From NCBI GenBank assembly GCA_963791515.1, contig CAWBSS010000009.1, forward strand, positions 95,407-159,406: DNA of 64,000 nucleotides, in the 5' to 3' direction. A program made the translations under genes and the position numbers. The notes beneath the pieces were generated by a model. That model was not told the origin of the DNA. It saw nothing but the letters and a program-made list of their open reading frames with translations, and did no database searches. This stretch comes from an uncultured Acidobacteriaceae bacterium. GTDB taxonomy: Bacteria; Acidobacteriota; Terriglobia; Terriglobales; Acidobacteriaceae. Of this stretch, positions 11,588-21,274 are shown piece after piece. Position 1 is the first letter of the stretch. Each line of letters starts with the position of its first letter.

Positions 11588-12874
11588 ATGGAGCAAACTA
11601 CAACACAGAGTCCGCCCGCCAAAGGCGAAAAAGCTCAAGCCGAAAAGCCGGCGAACAGCACCAAGCCGTTACCCGCCACTGAGGAGGATTTTCACACCAA
11701 TCCGTCCCGCACGCAGAGTTCCGGATTCCGGATCGGGGTGGTGATTGCAGTCCTTGTTGTTCTGATCGCCGGTTTCTTCGCCTATCGTTACTTCACCAGT
11801 TATGAATCGACCGACGATGCCCAGGTCGATGGCCACGTCAATTCCGTCAGTGCTCGCGTCTCCGGTCACGTCATCAAACTCAACGTCGAGGACAATCAAT
11901 ACGTGCAGGCTGGAACGGTGCTGGTAGAAATCGACCAGGCGGACTATCAAGTGGCCTACGAGCGCGCTAAGGCGGACTTTGACGACGCTCAGGCAGCCGC
12001 AGTTGCCGCCGGAGTGAGCGTTCCGATCACCTCCGTCAACACCAGTAGCCAGGTTTCGGCGACCGAAGCCGACGTGAACAGTGCTCGCGCGGGCATACAG
12101 GTTGCCAAACAACAGTTTGAAGCAGCCAAGGCCCAACTGCAAGAAGCTGAAGCCAATAATGTGAAGGCGCAGAACGATCTCGCGCGCTACAAGCAGTTAG
12201 TCGACAAGCAGGAGATTTCCCAGCAGCAGTACGACCAGGCCACCGCCGCTGCCCAGGCAAGTGCCGCGGGCGTCGAAGCGGCGCGCGCCAGCGCCGACGC
12301 AGCGCAACAGCAGGTCACACAGGCTCAAGGCAAACTCGTCCAGGCGCGGGCAAATTCGGCTTACGCCAACACCGCCCCCAAGCAGATGCAAATCATACAC
12401 GCCAAAGCCACATCCGCTTTGGCCGAAGCGCAGCGCAAGAAAGCGGATCTCGACCAGGCCGCACTGAACCTCCAGTACACAAAAATTGTTGCGCCAGTGA
12501 ACGGCGTCGTCAGCAATCGTACCGTGGAAGTTGGGCAGAACGTCGCCCCCGGCCAGGAACTGATGAAGATCATCAACCTCGACGACGTTTGGATCACGGC
12601 GAACTTCAAAGAAACGCAGCTTCGGCAAATGAAGGTCGGCCAGCGCGTCACCATGGATGTTGACGCCAACGGCAGAACCTACAACGGCAAGGTGGATAGC
12701 GTTGCCGGAGCCAGTGGCGCCCGCTTCAGCCTGCTGCCTCCGGAAAACGCCACGGGAAATTACGTGAAAGTGGTGCAGCGCATCCCGGTCAAGATCGTGC
12801 TGGATCCCGGTGCGAACAATGATCACCAGTTGCGTCCCGGCATGTCGGTAACGCCCAAGGCCTGGATCCGCTAA
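11588..12874 (+). CDS. HlyD/EmrA-type membrane fusion protein
   Basis: 428-aa ORF with a single N-terminal TM, a long Ala/Gln-rich coiled coil and a HlyD-like barrel region (YTKIVAPVNGVVSNR). Its stop overlaps the next start as TAATG. Confidence 0.85.
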   Translation: MEQTTTQSPPAKGEKAQAEKPANSTKPLPATEEDFHTNPSRTQSSGFRIGVVIAVLVVLIAGFFAYRYFTSYESTDDAQVDGHVNSVSARVSGHVIKLNVEDNQYVQAGTVLVEIDQADYQVAYERAKADFDDAQAAAVAAGVSVPITSVNTSSQVSATEADVNSARAGIQVAKQQFEAAKAQLQEAEANNVKAQNDLARYKQLVDKQEISQQQYDQATAAAQASAAGVEAARASADAAQQQVTQAQGKLVQARANSAYANTAPKQMQIIHAKATSALAEAQRKKADLDQAALNLQYTKIVAPVNGVVSNRTVEVGQNVAPGQELMKIINLDDVWITANFKETQLRQMKVGQRVTMDVDANGRTYNGKVDSVAGASGARFSLLPPENATGNYVKVVQRIPVKIVLDPGANNDHQLRPGMSVTPKAWIR

Positions 12875-14463
12875 TGGGCGCGGCCACCGCAACCATGGAT
12901 CAGGCCGATGCCTGGCGTCCTGCAGTCAATCCGTGGATAATCGCGCTGGCGGTCACGCTGGCGACGTTTATGGAGGTGCTCGACACTTCCATCGCCAATG
13001 TCGCTCTGCCGCACATTGCAGGAAGTCTCTCGGCAGGCCAGGACGAAAGCACCTGGGTCCTGACCTCCTATCTTGTTTCGAACGCGATCGTTCTTCCTCT
13101 CAGCGGCTGGCTGTCGTCCATCGTCGGCCGCAAGAACTTTTACATGGGTTGCGTCGCCCTGTTCACCATAAGTTCGTTCTTGTGCGGGCTCGCTCCGAAC
13201 CTGGCCACGCTCATCGTCTGCCGGATTCTGCAGGGCGCCGGCGGCGGTGGATTGCAGCCCAGCGAACAGGCCATCTTGGCCGATACATTTCCTCCCGCCA
13301 AGCGTGGGATGGCTTTCGCCGTTTATGGTGTTGCTGTGGTCACTGCGCCCGCGATTGGACCCACTCTCGGCGGATGGATTACCGACAATTTCACCTGGCG
13401 CTGGATTTTCTTCATCAACATCCCGGTCGGCATCCTCTCCCTCCTGCTCACCTCGAGATTGATTCAGGACCCGCCCTACTTGAAGCGCCGCAAGCTCAGC
13501 GAAACCAGGATTGACTACATCGGCCTTGGCTTCGTCGCGCTTGGGCTGGGGACGCTGCAGATCGTGCTCGACAAAGGCCAGCGTGAAGACTGGTTCGAGT
13601 CTCACTTCATCGTGATTCTTTCGCTGATCTGCGTGGCCTCGCTGATCTTCGTCGTCATCTGGGAATGGAGGCACAAGGATCCCATCATCGACTTGCACTT
13701 GTTCCGCGATCGCACCTTCGGCATTTCGAACCTGCTGATGTTCATGCTGGGATTCGCGCTGCTGGGCAGCACTTTGCTTCTGCCGCTATTCATGCAGACT
13801 ATGCTCGGCTATACGGCCCAGCAGTCCGGAATGGCGCTGATGCCCGGCGGATTTGCGATCATGCTGCTATTGCCCTTGGTCGGATTTCTCTTATCGCGCT
13901 ACAGCCCGCGCTGGCTGCTGGTCTTCGGTCTGGTCGTGCTTTCAGCGTCGCTGTTTAATATGACCCGCTTTGACCTGCAAATCGACTTCCGTACCGCCGC
14001 TGTTGCCCGCATCTTTCAGGCAGTGGGCATGGCCTTCTTGTTCGTTCCCATTAACACGGCTGCGTATGCGTTCCTGCCGCGCGAGAAGAACAACGCAGCT
14101 TCTGGGCTGATGAATCTGGCGCGCAACATAGGCGGAAGTGTGGGCATTTCCGTGGTCACCACTTTGCTCGACCGCCGCAGCCAGGTGCATATGACCGATT
14201 TATCCAGTCACCTGAGCCAATCTAACCCGGCACTGCGGTCGATGATCCAGGGAGCTTCGCGTGCCATGCAGGCCCACGGTGCCACTGCGGCGGGGGCAAC
14301 ACGGCAGGCTTACGCTCTAATCCAAGGTGCGGTGGAGCGGCAGGCCATCATGCTGTCTTATATCGATTGCTTCTGGTTTCTCGGTGTGGCCATTATGGCG
14401 ATGATTCCCATGGTGTTCCTGATGAAAAAGTCCAAGCCGGGCGGCGGAATGGCAGTACACTAA
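12874..14463 (+). CDS. DHA2-family MFS drug efflux transporter (EmrB/QacA type)
   Basis: 529-aa ORF, about 14 predicted TM helices. The N-terminal WIIALAVTLATFMEVLDTSIANVALP motif is typical of EmrB/QacA. Confidence 0.85.
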   Translation: MGAATATMDQADAWRPAVNPWIIALAVTLATFMEVLDTSIANVALPHIAGSLSAGQDESTWVLTSYLVSNAIVLPLSGWLSSIVGRKNFYMGCVALFTISSFLCGLAPNLATLIVCRILQGAGGGGLQPSEQAILADTFPPAKRGMAFAVYGVAVVTAPAIGPTLGGWITDNFTWRWIFFINIPVGILSLLLTSRLIQDPPYLKRRKLSETRIDYIGLGFVALGLGTLQIVLDKGQREDWFESHFIVILSLICVASLIFVVIWEWRHKDPIIDLHLFRDRTFGISNLLMFMLGFALLGSTLLLPLFMQTMLGYTAQQSGMALMPGGFAIMLLLPLVGFLLSRYSPRWLLVFGLVVLSASLFNMTRFDLQIDFRTAAVARIFQAVGMAFLFVPINTAAYAFLPREKNNAASGLMNLARNIGGSVGISVVTTLLDRRSQVHMTDLSSHLSQSNPALRSMIQGASRAMQAHGATAAGATRQAYALIQGAVERQAIMLSYIDCFWFLGVAIMAMIPMVFLMKKSKPGGGMAVH

Positions 14464-14471
14464 ACGTAGCC

Positions 14472-15137
14472 ATGTTTCGCCTCATTACCATCGAGCGCGA
14501 GTACGGCTGCGGCGCGGCCGCCATCGCCGCGCAACTGGCCGAACACCTGGGCTGGAAGCTTTGGGACCAGTTGCTCACCGAGGAAATTGCCCGTCTCGCC
14601 AAGGTTGATCCCTCTGCCGTAATGCGCTGCGACGAGCGCATGGATAGCCGCTTTCACCGCCTTGCGAAATCCTTCTGGCGCGGCAGTTACGAACGCAGCT
14701 CCGCTCTGGGCAATCAGATGTTCGATACCGACCGCATGACGTCGATGATGCAGGAGACGATGAACAAAATTGGCCGGGAAGGGAATGCGGTCGTTGTGGG
14801 TCGCGGCGCCCCGTATTTACTGCGCGAGAATCCCGACGCGTTCCATGTCTTTCTCTACGCTCCGCGCTCCGAGAAAATCCGACGCATCATCGCAGATGGT
14901 CATAGCGAAGAAGATGCCATCGAACGGGTCGATTCCGTCGATCGCGAGCGCATTGCGTACGTAAAGCACTATTTCAACGCCGACTGGCCCACTCGTTCCC
15001 TCTATCACGTGATGCTCAACACTGCCGTGGGAAACGAGCCGGTTATCCAGACGATCCTGGACACCATGCGCCTGGTTGAGGGCCGGCCCAAGGCTACGGA
15101 CTACGAGAATCCAAGCGTGTCCGCGTCCTCTCGATAA
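14472..15137 (+). CDS. cytidylate kinase-like family protein
   Basis: ORF 14367-15137 trimmed to ATG at 14472 (MFRLITIEREYGCGAAAIAAQLAEHLGW), matching the Cytidylate_kin2-type N-terminus. Lies 9 nt downstream of the MFS gene. Confidence 0.6.
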   Translation: MFRLITIEREYGCGAAAIAAQLAEHLGWKLWDQLLTEEIARLAKVDPSAVMRCDERMDSRFHRLAKSFWRGSYERSSALGNQMFDTDRMTSMMQETMNKIGREGNAVVVGRGAPYLLRENPDAFHVFLYAPRSEKIRRIIADGHSEEDAIERVDSVDRERIAYVKHYFNADWPTRSLYHVMLNTAVGNEPVIQTILDTMRLVEGRPKATDYENPSVSASSR

Positions 15138-15159
15138 TTCGCCAGTACGAAGTGTGGCT

Positions 15160-16209
15160 TTACGTGCTGCCGGGTCTTCCTTGCGCAGCCTGTGGCCGGA
15201 CCGGACGCTGCGGCGCAGGGCAGCAGTCGTTCTCACAAATATCCTGCCGCGGCCCGAGGGATCCTAGCGCACGCCGCTCCACGCCCGGACTTGTACGCTC
15301 AAGGATCAATTCACGAATCATCCCGATGAACTTGGGATGGACGCCTACCGTCTTCGCTCGCACCATCGGCAACGCCAGCGAATTGCAAAGCTGCTGCGCC
15401 TCGATGTCCAGGTCATACAGCACTTCCATATGATCGGAAATAAAACTGATCGGGGCCAGCACGACAGCGCCGGCTAGATTGCGCGCCTTCACCTCGCGCA
15501 GGTAGTCCAGAATATCCGGCTCCAGCCACGCATGCCCCGGCGCACCACTACGGCTCTGATACACGAGAGCGTCGTTGGCGACGCCCACCCTGGCCGAGAC
15601 AAGCTTTCTCACTTCTTCCAGTTGGCGGACATAGTCGCAGGTATTCGCCATCGCGAGCGGGATACTATGTGCGGTGTAGGCGATCTGAACATTGTGGCGC
15701 GCATCCGCTGGGACCTGCGACAGTGCGTCGCGCAGCCGATCCTCAGTAGCCTCAACGAATCCCGGATGGTTGAAGAATGCGCGCAGCTTGTCGACCTCCG
15801 GCGCCCCCGGACCAATTTCATTCTGCGCGCGAACAATGTCTTCACGGTATTGCCGGCATCCGGAATAGGAACTGTACGCCGAAGTCACGAAAGCAAGCGC
15901 TCGCCGGATCCCGTCCTGCCTCATCTGCTGCAAGGCTTCCGCCAGCATTGGATGCCAGTTGCGATTTCCCCAATACACAGGCAACTTGGGGCCGTGCTGC
16001 GTCAGTTCGTTCTCCAGAGACCCGATCAGTTCCCGGGTTTGCTGGTTGATCGGGCTCTTGCCGCCGAAGTGGTAATAATGCTCAGCGACCGCCAGCATGC
16101 GCTCGCGCGGAACATTCCTTCCGCGCAGCACGTTTTCCAGAAACGGAATCACATCTTCCGGCGACTCAGGCCCACCGAAAGAGACAACAAGAACGGCATC
16201 GTAGTTCAT
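15160..16209 (-). CDS. hemH: ferrochelatase
   Basis: 349-aa ORF. The N-terminus AVLVVSFGGPESPEDVIPFLENV and overall length are typical of HemH. Confidence 0.85.
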   Translation of the reverse strand: MNYDAVLVVSFGGPESPEDVIPFLENVLRGRNVPRERMLAVAEHYYHFGGKSPINQQTRELIGSLENELTQHGPKLPVYWGNRNWHPMLAEALQQMRQDGIRRALAFVTSAYSSYSGCRQYREDIVRAQNEIGPGAPEVDKLRAFFNHPGFVEATEDRLRDALSQVPADARHNVQIAYTAHSIPLAMANTCDYVRQLEEVRKLVSARVGVANDALVYQSRSGAPGHAWLEPDILDYLREVKARNLAGAVVLAPISFISDHMEVLYDLDIEAQQLCNSLALPMVRAKTVGVHPKFIGMIRELILERTSPGVERRALGSLGPRQDICENDCCPAPQRPVRPQAAQGRPGST

Positions 16210-16383
16210 TTCGTTGTTTCAGAGGCAAGAGCAACGGAAGATGCGTGTACTTTCAGACGCTTCGCCAGACTAAGTACCGAACCTGAGCTTCACAGGGTTG
16301 CAGCGAACTGTTCGTCAGACCGCCCGATTAGACTCGCGATGCGATCCGGCTAGAAAACTCGCGCGGCGCGTGCACCGAGACCC

Positions 16384-17661
16384 CTATTTACCGCCCGCAG
16401 GGGACGCAGAAGGCACGACTCGAGCTGCCGGAGTTATCGACACGGGCCGATCCAGCGCAATATCCATCTCGGTAAACCGGGGTATCATTACGTCCCGACC
16501 GTGGCGCGACACCATAAATATTCCTGAAACACAACTCGCAGCGATTCGTCCCACACCTGCTGTGGAAGCGTCGGTCGCCGTTGAGACGATAGCCTCAACA
16601 ATCAGCTGAAGTGCGTCATCCGCTTCTTTGGCCAGGCCTGCAGTCACTCCGATATTAATCGCCATCCACGCCGCGCCGGGATGTTCGCCTCGGAGCTGTC
16701 CTTCGGCGTCAATCTTCGTGTGCGACCTTCGGTCTAATTCCGCGCCCGCAAGCGACGCGGTGATGAGTATGAGGTTCCCACCCGGCAGGGTCAAGCCAGT
16801 GAATGACAGGGATAACGATCCCGCTCGGCTCCCCCAGCGCGGTGGAGTCCTTTTCACAACTTTGCCTTCAATCAAGCTGCCTGCGGGCAGGACAACGCGC
16901 GAATTCAACAACACGGGTTCGAGCAAACGCGCAGGCACCACATCCCCAGGCTTACTCTTCGACGCGCTCACGTCGCCCAACAGAAGGATCTTGCACTGCG
17001 TTCCGGTGGGAAGATCTGCCGGGGATGGAGTAGCGCCCGGTGCAGCCGTCTCAGACTCTGCTCCTTCAGCTTTGCTCGCGAGCCCGGGCGCAGAAGAGTT
17101 GATGCCAAAGGCCTCCAGCACCATGACTGGTGCGACGGGCTGCTTTACGTTTGAGTGGCTCACGTCGACCGTGTCGTGTTCCTCGCCCGACTGTTGTCCT
17201 GATTTTTTTTTCTTCGCCTGGGCGTGTACCTCCCGTTTGCGGCTCACTGCAATCAGAGACACCTGAAACGAGGTCTCGCCTTCGGTTTGTGACACCGTGG
17301 CACTCTTGAAGACGGGGTAATTCTCGTGGCGCGGTGTAAAAGCGTTGACCACCCACGGCCAGTGATCATTCCGGGGTCGGCGTCTTCTCTCCAGATGATC
17401 GACGGTGAGCCGCACGTGGTTTCCGGCAGAGAATATTTCGCGATCTGCGGAGTAAACATCCCTCGCCAGGACGCCCTGCACGATGTCGCCGGGCTTCAAC
17501 CTCGACAACTTTATTCGATCGGCGAGCCGCACCTTGACGTACACGCCAGAGTCGGCGGATGCCGGCCGCTGAGGAGCTCCGCTCTTGCCGTCAGACGCTT
17601 GAGAAAATGTTGGGACGATGGCTATTGCCGCTGCCAGCAGCGCCGCCGCTAACGCGTTCAT
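16384..17661 (-). CDS. secreted hypothetical protein with internally repeated KPGD-V...AG motif
   Basis: ORF 16384-17706 trimmed to ATG at 17661 (MNALAAALLAAAIAIVPTFSQA signal peptide). Two similar segments: LKPGDIVQGVLARDVY...FSAGNHV and SKPGDVVPARLLEPVLL...LPAGSLIEGKV. No family recognised. Confidence 0.5.
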   Translation of the reverse strand: MNALAAALLAAAIAIVPTFSQASDGKSGAPQRPASADSGVYVKVRLADRIKLSRLKPGDIVQGVLARDVYSADREIFSAGNHVRLTVDHLERRRRPRNDHWPWVVNAFTPRHENYPVFKSATVSQTEGETSFQVSLIAVSRKREVHAQAKKKKSGQQSGEEHDTVDVSHSNVKQPVAPVMVLEAFGINSSAPGLASKAEGAESETAAPGATPSPADLPTGTQCKILLLGDVSASKSKPGDVVPARLLEPVLLNSRVVLPAGSLIEGKVVKRTPPRWGSRAGSLSLSFTGLTLPGGNLILITASLAGAELDRRSHTKIDAEGQLRGEHPGAAWMAINIGVTAGLAKEADDALQLIVEAIVSTATDASTAGVGRIAASCVSGIFMVSRHGRDVMIPRFTEMDIALDRPVSITPAARVVPSASPAGGK

Positions 17662-17780
17662 CCGTCCTGCACCCTTACCGTTAGTGTTCCCAATTCGTAG
17701 AGGCACTGCTTAACCCCTTTTTTCGCCGATGGCGGCGATCGCAGCGGCCAAGCGGGTGTCGGTTGCAGCTTTATCAGAGA

Positions 17781-17828
17781 ATCTGGTGCGCCCGGAGAGA
17801 TTCGAACTCCCGACCTGTTGCTCCGGAG
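17781..17828 (-). repeat. orphan copy of the 3' part of tRNA-Arg(CCG) (distal att site)
   Basis: 48 nt identical to 22239-22286 (atctggtgcgcccggagagattcgaactcccgacctgttgctccggag). No 5' tRNA half follows. Confidence 0.85.
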
Positions 17829-17981
17829 TGTAATCCAGGAGGATTCTAACACCGTGGCCGCCTTGCTTTTCTGCGATTTACGAATCCGGCCAATCGGGGA
17901 AATCTGCCTGGTTCTGCTCCCAAAGTAAGTGCAATGGGGAGTGGCTTCCAAGGAACTGCCCCGCGATGCTGAACCGTTTAG

Positions 17982-19439
17982 TTATGCGGCCTGGGGTTCA
18001 ATGGGAACAAGCTCGTAGCCCAGTTGTTTGGCTTGCCGTTTAAGTTTTGCTTGCAACTTTTTCTCCCTCTGGGCGTCTCTGGCATCCCAAATGGTCTCGT
18101 CATATTCGACTTGGTTTTTGATCATGGTGTAAAAGATCACTGCGATCTTATGGGCGGTTGCCATGGTGGCAGCTTGGGGGCCCAGCTTGGCTTTCATTCG
18201 ACGCAGGTAGTTGCCCAAGGGCGTGAGGCTGCGATGGAGGGCATAAGCGGCCATGCGGAATAAATGGCCAGCCCGGTTCTTGACCCTTCGGGCTCCACGC
18301 CACAACAGCTTCCCGCCGCTGATGTCGTTGTCCGGACAGAGTGCAAGCCAGGAAACAAAGTGTGCTGCGCTGGGCCACCGCGACATGTCGCGGCCGACCT
18401 CACTGAACAGGGGCAACGCGTTTTCCTCTAAGCCTGGAATTTGACTGACATCGACTCCGAAGAGTTTATAGGCTTCGGTACGCAGATCGAACTCTGGGTG
18501 GGGATGTCCGTTCTTCCTTCTCCTTTTGCTTCCAGCTCGATTTCGTTTCCGGTCCGGTGGTAACGGTCTTTCCCCGGGGTCGATGCGCGGCGCGAACCCC
18601 TGCAGCATCTTCTCGATTTCCAGATCGCAGTTTACGATCTGTTGCTGATAGATGCGGTACAGATCACGCGATTGACCGAGGGTAAACAGATGCTCGGGCC
18701 GCCAGTTGCCTTCCAGTGATTTTCGGATAGTCTCGGTGTCGGCTTTGATGTGTGGATCCCGCAGCTTGGCGAGCTCTGCGCCGTCCCGTTGTCCAGCCAG
18801 AATGGCGTCCACAATGGCACGGCCCGTCGACCCGGTGATGTCACTGATGACATGATGGATTTGCAGGTTCATTTGCGTCAGCGCCTTGTGCATGTGCTGC
18901 ACGTGTTGACTGGCCGCTGCGACCAATTCGTTCCGGTGCCGCAGTATGGTCCGCACAGCGCAGACGTCCTGCCCCGGCCGAAATGCAGCTCGCAGTAATC
19001 CCACGGAGTGCAGAAACTGTAACCATTGGCATTCGTGCCAGTCGGTGCGCCGTCCGGGTACGTTCTTCATGTGGCGGGCATTCACTAAACAGGGGCGGAT
19101 GCCTCGTTGTTCGAGAATCTCGAACAGTGGAATCCAATACACTCCAGTGGATTCCAGCGCCACCGTCGTCACCCCGCACTGCTCGAGCCAATCGGTTAAG
19201 CGCTCCAGATCTTCGGTGAAGGTTGCGAATACCCGCACTGGTTTCTCGTCCCGCCCTGGAGGTACGGCTACAAACATTTCTCGTGCGCCAACGTCGATAC
19301 CGGCCGCATTCGGCTCCAACACCGGCCGGTCTTCCAAACACATTCCTTTGTTTCGTCTCCGCCGCTTGGATTTCGCTTTCGGCGGCTGCAGATTATCGCC
19401 CTGTTTCTTGTTCACGGTTGCTCGCTTTCTGAGCTGCAA
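17982..19439 (-). CDS. IS110-family transposase
   Basis: 485-aa ORF with an N-terminal GIDVGAREMFVAV (DEDD-type) segment and a C-terminal Transposase_20-like QIPGLEENALPLFSEVGRDMSRWPSAAHFVSWLALCPDNDISGGK. An alternative ATG lies at 19343. The IS ends were not determined. Confidence 0.8.
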   Translation of the reverse strand: MQLRKRATVNKKQGDNLQPPKAKSKRRRRNKGMCLEDRPVLEPNAAGIDVGAREMFVAVPPGRDEKPVRVFATFTEDLERLTDWLEQCGVTTVALESTGVYWIPLFEILEQRGIRPCLVNARHMKNVPGRRTDWHECQWLQFLHSVGLLRAAFRPGQDVCAVRTILRHRNELVAAASQHVQHMHKALTQMNLQIHHVISDITGSTGRAIVDAILAGQRDGAELAKLRDPHIKADTETIRKSLEGNWRPEHLFTLGQSRDLYRIYQQQIVNCDLEIEKMLQGFAPRIDPGERPLPPDRKRNRAGSKRRRKNGHPHPEFDLRTEAYKLFGVDVSQIPGLEENALPLFSEVGRDMSRWPSAAHFVSWLALCPDNDISGGKLLWRGARRVKNRAGHLFRMAAYALHRSLTPLGNYLRRMKAKLGPQAATMATAHKIAVIFYTMIKNQVEYDETIWDARDAQREKKLQAKLKRQAKQLGYELVPIEPQAA

Positions 19440-19678
19440 GCAACGGCCAAGCTGCGCAATCGAAGGTACTCTTCCAATCGGAATCAGTTGGCTTGCGCCA
19501 ACTGTTAACCACTGCTCTGCGCACGAAACTTGGAGCCACGCTGTTGTTCGGTGTCCGAAAACCCACCACTGACACTACGGCCTACTTCCATTGCCTGTCG
19601 CTCCATCTCAGGATGCAGAAATGGGGCGGCCAAGACAAGTTCCTTTCCGCTTTGCCCCGACCACCGGCCGGGCCCTAC

Positions 19679-19820
19679 GCTGTTGAAAAACTCCATTTTC
19701 TCCAAAACAGCCGAAATTTGGGGGATAGAAAATGTCTAGGAAAATCGAGAAAGTCGTTTGCAGGGCTTCCTAATGCAAAGTTTTTTCGGCCATTTTCCGG
19801 CGAGTGAGTTTTTCAACAGC
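19679..19820. repeat. 15-bp perfect inverted repeat pair separated by 112 nt
   Basis: gctgttgaaaaactc at 19679-19693 and its exact reverse complement gagtttttcaacagc at 19806-19820. The right arm overlaps the stop codon of ORF 19813-20937. Confidence 0.7.
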
Positions 19821-20937
19821 CACGGGATTTTACGTCAACTATCGGACTGTCGGAACTGCATTGCACTGGGATAGTTTCCTGCGTTGGGGACTGGACATTC
19901 GGCCAAAAGGACGAGGACTGAGTGGAAACTGTGGTGATTGCTCCGGGGGACGCCGGAACCGCCGGCAGGACGCTGAAAACTATGTTCATGCCGTATGGCT
20001 CCAGATCGAACTCTTGTAGGCAGCGCCGGTCAACAATGTCGTAGAGGGCGAGATGCGTGGCCTTTTCCATCATCCCCGGACGAAAGACATTCTTGACCCA
20101 GAGGACATTTTCTCGGAATTTGGTTTTTCGAACCCGCGTGAAGCCTACCCAAATTCTTCTTTCATCGAGCGGCAGAATGCCTCGGCACCAGCCCAATAGA
20201 GCGTCACTGCCGTTGATCTGCTTCAGATCGACAATCTCGTCCACCTGCAAGGTGCGAGGGTTGGCAATCACGATCCTTCCATCGACTGTTGTGAAGTAAA
20301 TTCGGTCTCCGCAAATCAGGCCGTCGTGCGGTGACTGTACTGCGATATCAATTCGCTTGCTGCGGTGGTCGAGGCAGATGGCGTCGCGCTGCTTAAAGCG
20401 CGTGACCCAGGTTTCGCCATTGAGCTCGAACACGAAATTTGGATGCGATTGGTGCGGCTTGGTGCTGTCGACCTTCCGATAATCGATATCGCGAGAAAAG
20501 CGCGACCAGAGCTCCTCATCCAGCACGGCCCACTCCGACAACACCTCGCCCTGCAAGGTGAACTTTACGACCATATCGAGCCCGGTGTTGGCCACCAGGA
20601 GATTGCCATCCGACGTGGGAGTCACGTGATGGACATCATTCAGGGCCGGGAACGAAACATAACCAGTCTGCTGGAATTCCGGCAGACTGAAAATCAGCAC
20701 TTCGGTGGCAGTACAGGCATACAAAGTGTTGCCAACGATCGTTCCCGCCTTGAATACCATGGACGAGTGTTCATGAGCTCGCACCTCAGAGGGACTCCTG
20801 TATTCAACGCAGCTGCGCACGCTCCCGCTTTTGAGATCAAGTTCCAGGATTAAGGCAGATTCGTAGAGATTCCACTCATCCTCGTTCTTTATCAGCAGAT
20901 TTCGCTGTCGCGCGCCCAGCGCGTATAGGCGATCCAT
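19813..20937 (-). CDS. hypothetical protein, beta-strand-rich (possible beta-propeller)
   Basis: 374-aa ORF in the AT-richer interior of the islet. Repeated short hydrophobic strand patterns; no catalytic motif recognised. The last ~50 aa are low complexity and run into the inverted-repeat element. Confidence 0.5.
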   Translation of the reverse strand: MDRLYALGARQRNLLIKNEDEWNLYESALILELDLKSGSVRSCVEYRSPSEVRAHEHSSMVFKAGTIVGNTLYACTATEVLIFSLPEFQQTGYVSFPALNDVHHVTPTSDGNLLVANTGLDMVVKFTLQGEVLSEWAVLDEELWSRFSRDIDYRKVDSTKPHQSHPNFVFELNGETWVTRFKQRDAICLDHRSKRIDIAVQSPHDGLICGDRIYFTTVDGRIVIANPRTLQVDEIVDLKQINGSDALLGWCRGILPLDERRIWVGFTRVRKTKFRENVLWVKNVFRPGMMEKATHLALYDIVDRRCLQEFDLEPYGMNIVFSVLPAVPASPGAITTVSTQSSSFWPNVQSPTQETIPVQCSSDSPIVDVKSRGC

Positions 20938-21274
20938 GTTCTGGATTATCCGTCGTGTCTGTGGCCTTTGAGGTTAATGGGATGTGAATAATAAGTGAAG
21001 AACCTGTAAACCAGCCTCGAACTTCAGTCTGCGTTTGGATTTGTGCCCGCATGTGGGGCAAATCGGAAATAATCCAACAACGGAAAAGCCAAGGGGGCTG
21101 GGAGATTTGTTTGAATGGTTTACGAAATCAGCGTTATCACAACTTTGCGCTTTTTGTTCGCCAGATAGGCGAAAGGAAAGCGCAAACTTGTGCTATAGCG
21201 ATGTTAGGTACGGTTACAGTTTGGAAATCAAACTGTAACAGTACCGGAGATTCGGTACGAATTCCAAGCCAGAG

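Noticed and set aside
12871-13698. 275-aa minus-strand ORF
   Set aside because: Antisense to the DHA2 MFS transporter gene.
17658-17951. 97-aa minus-strand ORF
   Set aside because: Reads through the orphan tRNA-Arg 3' half (att site), so it is not a gene.
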